Origin: a virus
IMG/VR virus record: IMGVR_UViG_3300045988_052780
Length of the DNA stretch: 64,000 nucleotides
Direction: 5' to 3' (one strand)
A program made the position numbers and the translations under genes. The number at the start of each line of letters is the position of its first letter. The first letter of the stretch is position 1. The notes under the pieces were generated by a model that searched no databases, was not told the origin of the DNA, and saw only the letters and a list, made by a program, of their open reading frames with translations. Shown here piece after piece: positions 38,250 through 47,764 of this stretch.

Positions 38250-39332
38250 TTATAATGTTATGGTTACGCGTAAATCATCTCGTTTAGCTTTAGCTTCATC
38301 TTCTGGAAAGTCGATGATAGTCCAATCTGGATGTTTATACCTCTCATAGTCATTGATTTCAGATGGAATAGGTAATTCTTTAAAGATACCACATCTACCA
38401 TAAAATCCTGTACCAATAGCTATGTCAGACGAACCAAATCTATTCTTAAGAACCAGTAATGACCTGAATCCATCCTTTAGTTCCTTTATGTCATATCCTC
38501 TATAAGAAGACAATTTGTTCCTAAATGGATTATACAATACTAATACAACATTAGCATCCTCGCTAGGAGAACCACTTTCCTTCAAATCGGACAAATCTGG
38601 CTCCTGTAACCCTTGCTTTAGTCTTTCAGAATTATTAGAATTTCTATTAAACTGCATAATATTAATTGGAGATACTTTACATTTATTTCTAAATGATACC
38701 CCATATGCAGAAATAGTATCAATCTCTTCTTTCTTACTACGACCTGGCAACGGTCTTACTAAGCCCAAATGGTCAGTAATTATAGCTATGATCTGATTAG
38801 GATTATTAAGTACATAAGTGTCTTCATCAACAAAGGTTCCAAACTTCTTCAAGTCTGCTATAACCATTTCTTTATACTTCTCTGAATTTAAAGTTCCATC
38901 ATGTATTATAAGTCTGTCTTCTATTGATTCCAGCCATGGAATACATTCCTGAACTAAATCATAATCCTCATCAGATAATGTCACCCCCTTACCTCTAGAA
39001 AGCAATTCTTTAAAAGATATCTGTTTACCATAAGTCTCATAAATGTGAATAGAAAGCAGTTTAGCTAATAATTGCTCTGCACTCATTTCTAATGAGAATA
39101 TAATAAACTGTAAATCTCTATCTTGACTTGTATCAAGAAGTGCTTTATAAATAAAAGAGTGAAGTACTAAACTGGTTTTACCATTACCAGTTCCTGCTGC
39201 TACTAAGTAATATGTTTCTTGAGTTAATCCATCAATAATCTGTTCTAATTTGGGCAGACCTAGTGATAATCCTTGATTGTCACCTCTTCTACCTCTTTCG
39301 ATTAGATTTAACAAGCTACTAGTATGTGTCAT
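38250..39332 (-). CDS. DnaB-family replicative helicase (C-terminal RecA-like domain)
   Basis: Walker A LVAAGTGNGKTS and the H1a block FIIFSLEMSAEQLLAKL (DnaB: FSLEMS..QL). Confidence 0.8.
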   Translation of the reverse strand: MTHTSSLLNLIERGRRGDNQGLSLGLPKLEQIIDGLTQETYYLVAAGTGNGKTSLVLHSFIYKALLDTSQDRDLQFIIFSLEMSAEQLLAKLLSIHIYETYGKQISFKELLSRGKGVTLSDEDYDLVQECIPWLESIEDRLIIHDGTLNSEKYKEMVIADLKKFGTFVDEDTYVLNNPNQIIAIITDHLGLVRPLPGRSKKEEIDTISAYGVSFRNKCKVSPINIMQFNRNSNNSERLKQGLQEPDLSDLKESGSPSEDANVVLVLYNPFRNKLSSYRGYDIKELKDGFRSLLVLKNRFGSSDIAIGTGFYGRCGIFKELPIPSEINDYERYKHPDWTIIDFPEDEAKAKRDDLRVTITL

Positions 39333-39952
39333 AATTCTGTTATAGTATCAAATACCATTTCATCAAAGTGACCTTCCTTAAATGCTTTAATGGATTCCCA
39401 AGATTTGGATATAATGAAATCAGCTATATTCTTATTAAGCAGATTACATTTATTCTTTTTAGCCCAGTCGATTAACTCTAGTACTTCTTTATGCTTATCT
39501 TTACTCCATCCGATATTCTTACCATATCGAAAGAACATTTCATCTTCAGTAAAGAATCGTTTGGCGAAATTCCGCATATCATATTCTTTACCGTTAATAA
39601 TACCTATTGGAGGATAAGCATCCCATAATTCTTGACCCAGTTCTCCTGAGTACTTTCTGTAATTTCTCATGAAATTCTCATTAAAGATTACAGTTTCGGG
39701 GTCAAACTTCTGACCCGCTTCAGGGACTTTATACTTCTTAGTAATAATTCCCTTAGTTTGAAGACTCAGTAAGATAGTCCTCAATCCAGTTTTAGTAATA
39801 GGCAATCCAAGATATTTAGTAAGGAATTCTCCATGACCTTCTTCTGGTTGCGCTATAAATAATAACTCAATCATTAACAACTCCTCAGCAGTAAGTCTAT
39901 ACTGCTCCATCATTAACAATTGATTGTCCAAAGACGTCTTTAATTTATCCAA
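39329..39952 (-). CDS. hypothetical protein (immediately upstream of helicase; possible loader)
   Basis: 207 aa ORF with a 4 nt overlap with the DnaB-like gene. Confidence 0.35.
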   Translation of the reverse strand: MDKLKTSLDNQLLMMEQYRLTAEELLMIELLFIAQPEEGHGEFLTKYLGLPITKTGLRTILLSLQTKGIITKKYKVPEAGQKFDPETVIFNENFMRNYRKYSGELGQELWDAYPPIGIINGKEYDMRNFAKRFFTEDEMFFRYGKNIGWSKDKHKEVLELIDWAKKNKCNLLNKNIADFIISKSWESIKAFKEGHFDEMVFDTITEL

Positions 39953-40003
39953 GCTAATGATTAATAAGTTAGTAACTTACCAATCTATTATGCTGCAATA
40001 GTG

Positions 40004-40225
40004 TTATTCTGATTTCTCAGTGTCCTCAATTACATAAGCATCCTCAGCTACTTCAAATGGAGATAAGAAATCCTCAATGAGTTCTTCCTGTCTTTTAGCC
40101 ATAGCCTTAGAATCATATACTTTACCATTAAAGGTAAATTCTCCCTTCCTATTTATGCCATTAGTAGCAACAGCATCAAATACAGAAGTAAGAGTAAATA
40201 GTTCAACTATACGTTCAACTGTCAT
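40004..40225 (-). CDS. hypothetical small acidic protein
   Basis: 73 aa. TAnnTTTG-type box (RC of 40247..40254, TATCTTTG) about 21 nt upstream of the ATG. Confidence 0.35.
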   Translation of the reverse strand: MTVERIVELFTLTSVFDAVATNGINRKGEFTFNGKVYDSKAMAKRQEELIEDFLSPFEVAEDAYVIEDTEKSE

Positions 40226-40284
40226 TTCAAATTCTCGATATGAGTTACAAAGATAATCAAATCTATTTATACTACCAACTGAAT

Positions 40285-40485
40285 CTACCTAAATTTGAGG
40301 CTTCTCATAAGGCTTGGTACATCTAACATCTTATTCCCTATAGAAGCAGAGACAATGCAAATGCTAGCCTTAGAATGTCTTTCTAATAGGTGTAACAGAC
40401 CAAATATGTCTACATTCGCAGTAGTATCTGGCAAAGGTAACACAACTTCTTGGTCTATTACGTCATAATAGTTTACGGTATACAT
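40285..40485 (-). CDS. hypothetical small protein
   Basis: 66 aa ORF. Confidence 0.3.
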   Translation of the reverse strand: MYTVNYYDVIDQEVVLPLPDTTANVDIFGLLHLLERHSKASICIVSASIGNKMLDVPSLMRSLKFR

Positions 40486-41759
40486 CAGAATCTAAATATC
40501 ATTTTAGTTTCTTTGTTCTTCTTAGGAGTAAATTCTCTTCCTTCTAAGACATCTAGCAGATTAGAGCTGTCTATGGTTATGAAATCTTTACCACTAGTAC
40601 TTTTACGAAACCATTCTTCTTCAACAGTTCCTTTAATTACAAAGGTAAATACTTCTGCCACTTTGTTCTCCGCCTTCCTAATAACTCTGCCAATTCTTTG
40701 TGTCTTAGTAGTAGGACTAGAATCAAATCCAAGAATAACAGCTACAGACAATCCCGGAATGTCAGCACCTTCGTCCAACATTTTAGAGGTATTAAGTACT
40801 CCCACTTTAGCTTCCTTGAATTCCTCCAAGGTCATACGCCCTTTCTTCTTAGTTTCCTTACTAGATAACACTTTACCATATCCAATCTTCTCCGCGACCT
40901 TAATTGTCTTACTAAACGTAATACATTTCTTGTCTTGACGGTGCTTCAATATTAAATCAGTAAGTTCTATCTTCTTAGGATGGTTATATATAAACTGCTT
41001 CCTTCCTTGCAGGGCTCTGTTAAACCCCATTGCATGTATTAGAATCTGTTTATTAATAGCCTTAAATTCGTCAGGCTTATTAGCATAATCAGGACACATT
41101 CTCTTAGCTAATTCAATGCGTTTCTGCCATTTAGAAGCACATGCCATAGCTAAGGTAAAATCATGGTTAAAGAAAGAGAAATGATCGTAAAACTCTCTAT
41201 TTAATTCTAGATACTTGCTTAGATCATCTACTTCTATTAAGACTTTGTACTCCCTATAAGGAGACAACCAGCCTCTGGCAGTAGCTTCACTAACATCTAC
41301 TCTATCAACTACAGGACAATACTTCTTGATGTAACTGTCTTTACCATCAAGCCTTTCCATAGTTGCTGTTAAGCCTAGAATTATTTTATACTTAACTACT
41401 TCGAACACCTTTCCAAATAAATCGGAGGCATATTTATGACACTCATCAAGTATTAATAGATCACAATTCCATTCCTTTCTTACTACAGTATTAATGATAA
41501 GCACCTGATAAACTTTAGGTACTTTTTGCTCAGCTAAATCTGCTAACCATTGTCTTTGCAAAGCATCTGTAGGTACTACTATTATAACACTCTTTCCAGG
41601 ATTCTTAGCCAAGAATCTCTTCATACACATAATGGCAGTTCTAGTCTTACCGAAACCAGTACAATAGACTAGACTTCCACATAATCTGTTATTAACCCAT
41701 CGTTGAACACCTAAAGCTTGACGTTCACTTCTGGTAATATTTCCAAATAAGTCTGCCAT
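40485..41759 (-). CDS. SF2 DEAD/DEAH-box DNA helicase (UvsW/Res-subunit-like)
   Basis: Walker A CTGFGKTRTA, DEAH-type box LLILDECHKYA, motif III GLTATMER, motif VI QRIGRVIR. Confidence 0.75.
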   Translation of the reverse strand: MADLFGNITRSERQALGVQRWVNNRLCGSLVYCTGFGKTRTAIMCMKRFLAKNPGKSVIIVVPTDALQRQWLADLAEQKVPKVYQVLIINTVVRKEWNCDLLILDECHKYASDLFGKVFEVVKYKIILGLTATMERLDGKDSYIKKYCPVVDRVDVSEATARGWLSPYREYKVLIEVDDLSKYLELNREFYDHFSFFNHDFTLAMACASKWQKRIELAKRMCPDYANKPDEFKAINKQILIHAMGFNRALQGRKQFIYNHPKKIELTDLILKHRQDKKCITFSKTIKVAEKIGYGKVLSSKETKKKGRMTLEEFKEAKVGVLNTSKMLDEGADIPGLSVAVILGFDSSPTTKTQRIGRVIRKAENKVAEVFTFVIKGTVEEEWFRKSTSGKDFITIDSSNLLDVLEGREFTPKKNKETKMIFRF

Positions 41760-41910
41760 TTGTTATGTAAAGAGCTATTACACCTTAAATTAAATCATCT
41801 ATCCCTTAAGTCTTGTGATATGACTATAATGAAATTAAATTAAGTAATGCATAGCTATTACATAATAATCTGGATTAATAACTGTCAACCAATTACAATT
41901 CAGATATAAT

Positions 41911-42738
41911 TTACAGAGTAAATCCTTTAGCATCACATACCATTTTAATTTGTTCCTTACGAGTTTCCCATTGAGAGATGTGGAACTTAACTTCTTCAGC
42001 CAAAGAATAGAGTATTCTATTTCTGAGAACCTTAAGTTGGTCTGTAGTTAACTCTGTATATTTCTTACTCTTCAGATTAACCATAGCTCTTAATTGAGTA
42101 TAATTCAATCCTTTGGGAGTAATATAGATGGGAGCGGTAGGTTTAAGACCTAATCTCTCTCTAGCCACTACAAGCTTGTCTCTCAGCTGACCATCAGAGT
42201 CTTTCTCTACCAAGTCCTTGCTCTCTTGAGCAGTAAACCAGAGACCTTGCTTGAGAATGAATGTGAGTGTAATATGTTGCTTGTTGAACTTTCCCAGTCT
42301 GTCCAAACAACCTTCACGAACAAGTTCAGTAGGAATATCTTTGAATTCCTCCGGACAATTATTCATGGTTCCGTCAATCGGATAATCCTTAGGGTCTATA
42401 GCATCCTTATTAATGTCTAGGAAAGATACTAGGGCCTCTAAGAATTTAAATCTAGGCAGATGTTGCTCTTGCTCTAGCCATCTTAAGAATAGCTCAGCAT
42501 TACAACGCTGCTTCTGGTCATTAATAATGTCCAATAAAACATAACGACCAGGATACTCCTTGCTAGTATTGTGAAGCATAGATTCACAATGGGCGTAGAA
42601 ACTACGAAGTTCTTCCTCAGTACAATCAACCAAACGCTTCTCCTCTTGTACTAATTCTCCATTAACTTCTTGTTTACGACCCTTCCATACGAAGGAGTTA
42701 ATATTATTCATAGCAGCTGCCAATTTCTCTTTAAACAT
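41911..42738 (-). CDS. hypothetical protein
   Basis: 275 aa ORF. Confidence 0.4.
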   Translation of the reverse strand: MFKEKLAAAMNNINSFVWKGRKQEVNGELVQEEKRLVDCTEEELRSFYAHCESMLHNTSKEYPGRYVLLDIINDQKQRCNAELFLRWLEQEQHLPRFKFLEALVSFLDINKDAIDPKDYPIDGTMNNCPEEFKDIPTELVREGCLDRLGKFNKQHITLTFILKQGLWFTAQESKDLVEKDSDGQLRDKLVVARERLGLKPTAPIYITPKGLNYTQLRAMVNLKSKKYTELTTDQLKVLRNRILYSLAEEVKFHISQWETRKEQIKMVCDAKGFTL

Positions 42739-42796
42739 ACAGATATATCATATTAATTTGATGTAATGGTCTAATCTCTTTAATTTAGATAATCTT

Positions 42797-43099
42797 TTAC
42801 AGTATAATCTCACCTTCTGGTGGCTTCTCGTAAATAAAAGTCTCAAAATAAAAGTCAGTATTCTTATAAGGAACTTGAATATTATTCTCAGAATCGTACC
42901 AAGTATCCTTACCAGCTACTACTTCCCTATATTTTAAGAATCCGATGTCCCCAACTACTAGGAATGGACTATCCCAATTGGGACATCGCGTACACGCTTT
43001 ATATGCACCAGTTTTTAAGTCTTCAAACACATATTGAATATAGCCACCTACGTTCTCTTGTGCAGCTACAAGCCGCACACGTAAGGTCTCTATTATCAT
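42797..43099 (-). CDS. hypothetical protein
   Basis: 100 aa ORF. Confidence 0.35.
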   Translation of the reverse strand: MIIETLRVRLVAAQENVGGYIQYVFEDLKTGAYKACTRCPNWDSPFLVVGDIGFLKYREVVAGKDTWYDSENNIQVPYKNTDFYFETFIYEKPPEGEIIL

Positions 43100-43317
43100 A
43101 GATATCTTGAGCCTACACGCATATCTTCAGGAATGTTATCTTCTTCAAATGGAACTGCTTTCCATTCTAGATCGTCTGGATTCCATCCAAATGCTTCTGC
43201 ATCTGCGTGGGCAATATCTCTACCTCTATCTAGAGCTTCTTGTTGTGTTTCGAATTCTTCTGTTTCTTGATAGGTAATATTACCCTTCAACCCTGCATAA
43301 ATGTTGTACTCAGTCAT
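43096..43317 (-). CDS. hypothetical small acidic protein
   Basis: 73 aa ORF. Confidence 0.3.
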   Translation of the reverse strand: MTEYNIYAGLKGNITYQETEEFETQQEALDRGRDIAHADAEAFGWNPDDLEWKAVPFEEDNIPEDMRVGSRYL

Positions 43318-43508
43318 TCTTCTGATTCGTTAGTGTTAATTTTACCATCTTTATAAGTTACACAACCGTATTTAGCGAAGTCACATACACTCTTCTCAAT
43401 ACCTCTGAAACAGGGATATTTAGCACATTCTTTACAGGTGCGCTCAGGATACTTGTATTTAACTCCATCTCTGTCTTTGTCACAGTCTTCGGATTGCTTC
43501 TTAGCCAT
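43314..43508 (-). CDS. hypothetical small Cys-rich protein
   Basis: 64 aa with 6 Cys in the pattern CDKD...CKECAKYPC...CDFAKYGC. Confidence 0.35.
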   Translation of the reverse strand: MAKKQSEDCDKDRDGVKYKYPERTCKECAKYPCFRGIEKSVCDFAKYGCVTYKDGKINTNESEE

Positions 43509-43538
43509 GCGCCTCTGAGTTAGTTGTGTCTTAGTAAA

Positions 43539-43952
43539 TTACTTGAATAATAAGGCCATTATTACTCCTACAGTAACTACTCCTAGACTTGTTGATAAAG
43601 TGGTTAATCTTTTATTCTTCTTAGTTATTTTACGTAACTGCTCTTGCTGTGTTTGAATAGCTGTATCTTGCAACTTAATGTGCATGTTAGCTCTTTCCAG
43701 TTGAAGTTTACGTAGACTATCAGCTTTAGCCAAGTTTGCAGTTAGTAAGGCATAAGAATCTACTTGCTTTATAAGTTCTACCTTCTCAAGTTTTAACTTC
43801 TTATGCTCCAGGAATATAAGATTAGTCGACTTTAGCTGTTTAGGAGTTATAACTATTAATGAGTCATTTACCAACTTCGGATAGATATTCTGTGAAGAAC
43901 ACCACATCGTTGGCAATAGGCTGATTAGTAATATTAATAAACTCCTTCTCAT
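43539..43952 (-). CDS. secreted/membrane coiled-coil protein (o-spanin-like candidate)
   Basis: N-terminal signal-like MRRSLLILLISLLPTMWCSS, central coiled coil, C-terminal hydrophobic segment. Overlaps the upstream ORF by 89 nt. Confidence 0.3.
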   Translation of the reverse strand: MRRSLLILLISLLPTMWCSSQNIYPKLVNDSLIVITPKQLKSTNLIFLEHKKLKLEKVELIKQVDSYALLTANLAKADSLRKLQLERANMHIKLQDTAIQTQQEQLRKITKKNKRLTTLSTSLGVVTVGVIMALLFK

Positions 43953-44172
43953 ATGTATACTTTATAGTATCTATTTTACCGTTACTAGTAGCGATAACAC
44001 TAAGAATACTATCATTAGTATTTGCTAAATCTCTTATTTCCTTATTAAGCGAATCAATAGTCATTTCATATTTGTTGGTATCTGGCATTACTACAGGATC
44101 TTCCTTTAGTAATAAACCAACTACAACTATTATAATGGCTATAGTAGCTCCTATTATAAATGGTTTACTCAT
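43864..44172 (-). CDS. N-terminally anchored membrane protein (i-spanin/holin-like candidate)
   Basis: N-terminal TM IIGATIAIIIVVVGLLL followed by a polar domain. Confidence 0.3.
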   Translation of the reverse strand: MSKPFIIGATIAIIIVVVGLLLKEDPVVMPDTNKYEMTIDSLNKEIRDLANTNDSILSVIATSNGKIDTIKYTYEKEFINITNQPIANDVVFFTEYLSEVGK

Positions 44173-44690
44173 TGCAGATAGTAATGATTATACAAATCTA
44201 CAATATCATTCACTTTCTCTGGTGAGGCTGTGAGCAATGTGTCTAAACATTCTCTTTCCTTGTCATTCAGATTAAGTTCAACTTCTACCATTCGGGAATC
44301 TAATTCATATACCTCTTTTGCTGTATTATAACCAGCAATATACTTCCCTGGGCATTGTTTAAAGAATGCAACTTCTTGATCTAAGAGTGCATTTACCACA
44401 CCACGATTGATTAAACCTGGATCTGTACTGTAGAAAGCATGTTTGTTTCCTTTGCGAGCTTTACCTAAGGCAATTGTTTTACCTACTTCCTCGTTAAACT
44501 CATCTTCCGGGTTACATATCGCAACCCCTATTGATAGTTTCTTTACACCATCACAATGAACTGCATCAGAATCACTATAATCAGTAATAACAGCATCTAC
44601 TTCTTGTGATACTGCTGCCATAATGAATTTACGTTCAATGTTTGCGTAATCAGTAAAGGAATCAATTCTATATTCTACTCTCTCTTTCAT
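44169..44690 (-). CDS. hypothetical protein
   Basis: 173 aa ORF. Confidence 0.4.
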   Translation of the reverse strand: MKERVEYRIDSFTDYANIERKFIMAAVSQEVDAVITDYSDSDAVHCDGVKKLSIGVAICNPEDEFNEEVGKTIALGKARKGNKHAFYSTDPGLINRGVVNALLDQEVAFFKQCPGKYIAGYNTAKEVYELDSRMVEVELNLNDKERECLDTLLTASPEKVNDIVDLYNHYYLQ

Positions 44691-44753
44691 AAGATTAACT
44701 TTATAAGATAATAAGTCTTATCTCTTTAGATGGTCTAATCTTCTATTTAGATA

Positions 44754-45395
44754 TTATTTCCTACCTAAACCATTATAGAAGTCAAGTATGGCGTTCTCTT
44801 TACGAAGCCATGTGGCTTGTTCTCTAGCCATATCAAGAATAGTTCTACTAATGGACTCTTCTTCTACCTGTTCTTTAACTAGCATACCAGTATCTTCATC
44901 ATCTCCGTTTAGCCACTGGAATGTAGCCCAATCTCCTTCTTTCTGAGCCTGGTCTACAATCTTGTTGATACTCATAGTAGTCTCAATTTCCCTGTCTACC
45001 GTAGCAGCAAAAGGCATGATTCTATCTACGATATCTACTTTAATAGGAGGAACTGGGGGATACTGGAACAAGGCATCATTCTCGGTTAGATATTCAAATA
45101 TCCACGAATGATGTAGGTACTCTTCTTTAGCTCTACCTCTCCAGTAGATGCCAAGTTTAGGAAGTCCTTCTACTTCAAAGTAATTAGCGAATGTCATATA
45201 CAAAGCATGATTAGCTAGTTCAGCAGACATCTGCTTTACTAACATTTCAATCATTACCGACGATAAAGGACATTTACGTCTTGTAGTATCAATAACTCTC
45301 TCAGTATATTTCATAGTAGGTTCTGCACCCACTGTTTGAACTCCATCACTTGTTACTTCTTGTATTGGATTTCCGTCTTTGTCTAGCTTTCTCAC
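44754..45395 (-). CDS. ferritin-like di-iron protein (putative)
   Basis: ELANHALYMTFANYF...RGRAKEEYLHHSWIFEYL resembles ferritin helix A/B with an ExxH ligand pair. 213 aa. Confidence 0.4.
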   Translation of the reverse strand: MRKLDKDGNPIQEVTSDGVQTVGAEPTMKYTERVIDTTRRKCPLSSVMIEMLVKQMSAELANHALYMTFANYFEVEGLPKLGIYWRGRAKEEYLHHSWIFEYLTENDALFQYPPVPPIKVDIVDRIMPFAATVDREIETTMSINKIVDQAQKEGDWATFQWLNGDDEDTGMLVKEQVEEESISRTILDMAREQATWLRKENAILDFYNGLGRK

Positions 45396-45666
45396 TGTTA
45401 AATACTTTAAAGTTATTATTTCGCAAATAATCTAATGGTGCTCCTATCCAAGTAATGTACTTAGCACAGGTAATCTCTTTATCCATCTTGATGAACTGCG
45501 ACTCCTTAACTTTTAAAGGTTTATCAGAAGAGAAGAATTTGGTACCTACACATTCTGCCCCATCCTTTCTAATAAGATATAATTGCACTTCATATAGAAA
45601 GGTGGGATATTCTGTTAGTTTAACGTCCCCAGAATGGTAGATTGTCTGGGCTGTACGTTTTACCAT
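45346..45666 (-). CDS. hypothetical protein with basic C-terminus
   Basis: 106 aa ORF. Confidence 0.35.
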   Translation of the reverse strand: MVKRTAQTIYHSGDVKLTEYPTFLYEVQLYLIRKDGAECVGTKFFSSDKPLKVKESQFIKMDKEITCAKYITWIGAPLDYLRNNNFKVFNSEKARQRRKSNTRSNK

Positions 45667-46084
45667 TCCAGGAATACTTTAGTACTTCCGATTTGGGCGT
45701 CTTATACTTCCCTAAAATATAAGGAATGTCAGACTGGATACACTTATGACTAAACGTAGTCTTAGGTATAGGTTTCTTGGTCTTCGGGTTAAGCTTACCT
45801 GTAGTAAAATTACCACCCTTTACATAGACTACCAAAGTTCCAGGTATGTCTATGATTTTAACCGGCTCAGACCAATTGTAATTAGGAGCAGGAACTCTTC
45901 TAAATTTCTTCCACAGCTTACGCTCCTTTGGAGTTTTAGTCCAAACATTAGGGTCGCGAGGTTTAACACTAGGCTGTCTCAGATGCTCAGCTACTAGGAA
46001 AGCATCATCATTCCAGTCTCTAATTCTAAGTCTCTTAACTCTGTCCTCTGGACTTTCTTTCTCCTTAAAAGTCTTCTTCTCCAT
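45620..46084 (-). CDS. hypothetical Lys-rich basic protein (possible nucleic-acid binding)
   Basis: 154 aa, many K/R/P/W residues. Confidence 0.35.
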   Translation of the reverse strand: MEKKTFKEKESPEDRVKRLRIRDWNDDAFLVAEHLRQPSVKPRDPNVWTKTPKERKLWKKFRRVPAPNYNWSEPVKIIDIPGTLVVYVKGGNFTTGKLNPKTKKPIPKTTFSHKCIQSDIPYILGKYKTPKSEVLKYSWNGKTYSPDNLPFWGR

Positions 46085-46108
46085 TTTACTGATAAGATTA
46101 AATGTTAA

Positions 46109-46276
46109 TTACTTCGTATGAATAGTACCACAAGTATTACACTTATAGATACCTTTCTCATAATCATACAGCGTGTGATTAGTAAGTCTACCACACCTAG
46201 TACAATTCATAACTTTTACAGATTCATATACTCTCCTTGACCTTTTCTTGGGAGTCACCCCTACAGTTGAAGTCAT
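46109..46276 (-). CDS. small zinc-ribbon protein (55 aa, below the ORF-track cutoff)
   Basis: Minus-strand ORF MTSTVGVTPKKRSRRVYESVKVMNCTRCGRLTNHTLYDYEKGIYKCNTCGTIHTK with two CxxC pairs. It fills an otherwise empty 194 nt gap. Confidence 0.4.
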   Translation of the reverse strand: MTSTVGVTPKKRSRRVYESVKVMNCTRCGRLTNHTLYDYEKGIYKCNTCGTIHTK

Positions 46277-46278
46277 AG

Positions 46279-46554
46279 TTAAATACCTTTAGTCAGTTCT
46301 TCTAATCTCCGTATTGCTTCTCTATAATCTGCAATATAAGTTGCCAAAGACATGGATTCTGGATGTTTCATTTCAACACGATAATTGGCAATAATCTTAA
46401 GACATGTAAGCAACGGCACCCCATACGCTGCTATCTTTAATTCTTGCCGTTCTCCTTCCTTGGATTTGACAGTTCTTAGCACTGACAAATCCCAGAAGTG
46501 TGAACTATCACCTACAGATTCCATTCTGAAATCAGCTTCTTCTATTACCATCAA
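46279..46554 (-). CDS. hypothetical protein
   Basis: 91 aa ORF. Confidence 0.35.
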   Translation of the reverse strand: MMVIEEADFRMESVGDSSHFWDLSVLRTVKSKEGERQELKIAAYGVPLLTCLKIIANYRVEMKHPESMSLATYIADYREAIRRLEELTKGI

Positions 46555-46576
46555 CTTTGTAATGTTAATTTATAAA

Positions 46577-46792
46577 TTAGTTAATCTCCATTTCCTTGAG
46601 TATCTTGTGAATTAGCCAAATAAATACAAACGGTGATATGAATGGACACAGAGACATAGTATAAAACTCATCACTTAGAGATTCATAAAAGGTATCTGGG
46701 TCTTCACAGTGACTATTTATTAAATAATCAGCCAATGTAGACAATAGGAAAGATACTCCATACGTTACCAATGCTATAATTACGACTGTCAT
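46577..46792 (-). CDS. small membrane protein
   Basis: 71 aa with an N-terminal TM helix. Confidence 0.3.
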   Translation of the reverse strand: MTVVIIALVTYGVSFLLSTLADYLINSHCEDPDTFYESLSDEFYTMSLCPFISPFVFIWLIHKILKEMEIN

Positions 46793-47256
46793 TTCTCTCT
46801 GTTTAATATATTACAGAGTCTCTGTAAGTCTGCTATAATGGGGACTAACGTACCAGCGCCTTTAACAAGGGCTGCTCTCTGGTCGGCTATTCTACTAGCG
46901 TATTCTAATTTAACCGCATTAACAGAATCATCATAACCCTTCTTCATAGAAGCTCTATTAGCTAGAAAGGTCGGAATGGTAATATATAAATGTAATAATG
47001 CATCCAGAGTTTTAGTGAGTTCCTTATAAGTCATAGCTTTAGTAACTCTGTCATATACAAATATATATGTGTCAACTCCATCTGGTATTATATTTACATA
47101 TTTATCAGTCTCCGTACCCTTTCTCCCTACATGGTCAGAGATTCTTATTACAGGCGGAAATCCTTCAATAGTAAAATATTCTGAGGTTCCTACATAATCA
47201 GTAGAAGTAAATCCCTTCCTCCTCAGCCATGCTCTTAGCTTGCTCACCCCTCTCAT
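46789..47256 (-). CDS. hypothetical protein
   Basis: 155 aa ORF. Confidence 0.4.
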   Translation of the reverse strand: MRGVSKLRAWLRRKGFTSTDYVGTSEYFTIEGFPPVIRISDHVGRKGTETDKYVNIIPDGVDTYIFVYDRVTKAMTYKELTKTLDALLHLYITIPTFLANRASMKKGYDDSVNAVKLEYASRIADQRAALVKGAGTLVPIIADLQRLCNILNREK

Positions 47257-47506
47257 CTTGTTTATTATTCTTCAATGTCTTCAGAAATACCTGAGCACCA
47301 GTTAATGGACAGTAATTTGCCCTACATTCGTTATGCTCATCTCTAAAGTAGCAATACTTGCATGAGCCACTAGAATTAACTGGTTCAGCTATTTCAAAGT
47401 AACTACCATCCACCTCGATGATGTCTCCTGTACTTAAAACAGGTGATATATAACCATCAACAAATTCAAATGTAATCATAATTAGATTCAAAAAAATAAG
47501 GGTCAA
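47198..47506 (-). CDS. hypothetical Cys-rich protein
   Basis: 102 aa with CKYCYFRDEHNECRANYCPLTG. Confidence 0.35.
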   Translation of the reverse strand: MTLIFLNLIMITFEFVDGYISPVLSTGDIIEVDGSYFEIAEPVNSSGSCKYCYFRDEHNECRANYCPLTGAQVFLKTLKNNKQDERGEQAKSMAEEEGIYFY

Positions 47507-47764
47507 ACCCAGACAGCTATATAGGTTAGACCTTACCTCTGTTAAAGATAAAGCATAATCTAAATAAACTAATCTAAATTTGACCCAATACGGCAGTACA
47601 AGTATGCACTACTCGATAAATGCCGCTAATCGGCTAGGTTTCATCGCACATAATTGCGATAATAGCAATATTTATTACTAGGTGTACTACATATTAGTAG
47701 TGGGAAGGAGACTAAACCCCCCCCCCTCATAGCAATTGGCTGGTAAATACCATGACCTGCTATG

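Noticed and set aside
40450-40938. 162 aa plus-strand ORF
   Set aside because: Antisense to the SF2 helicase gene, hydrophobic low-complexity translation, no motif.
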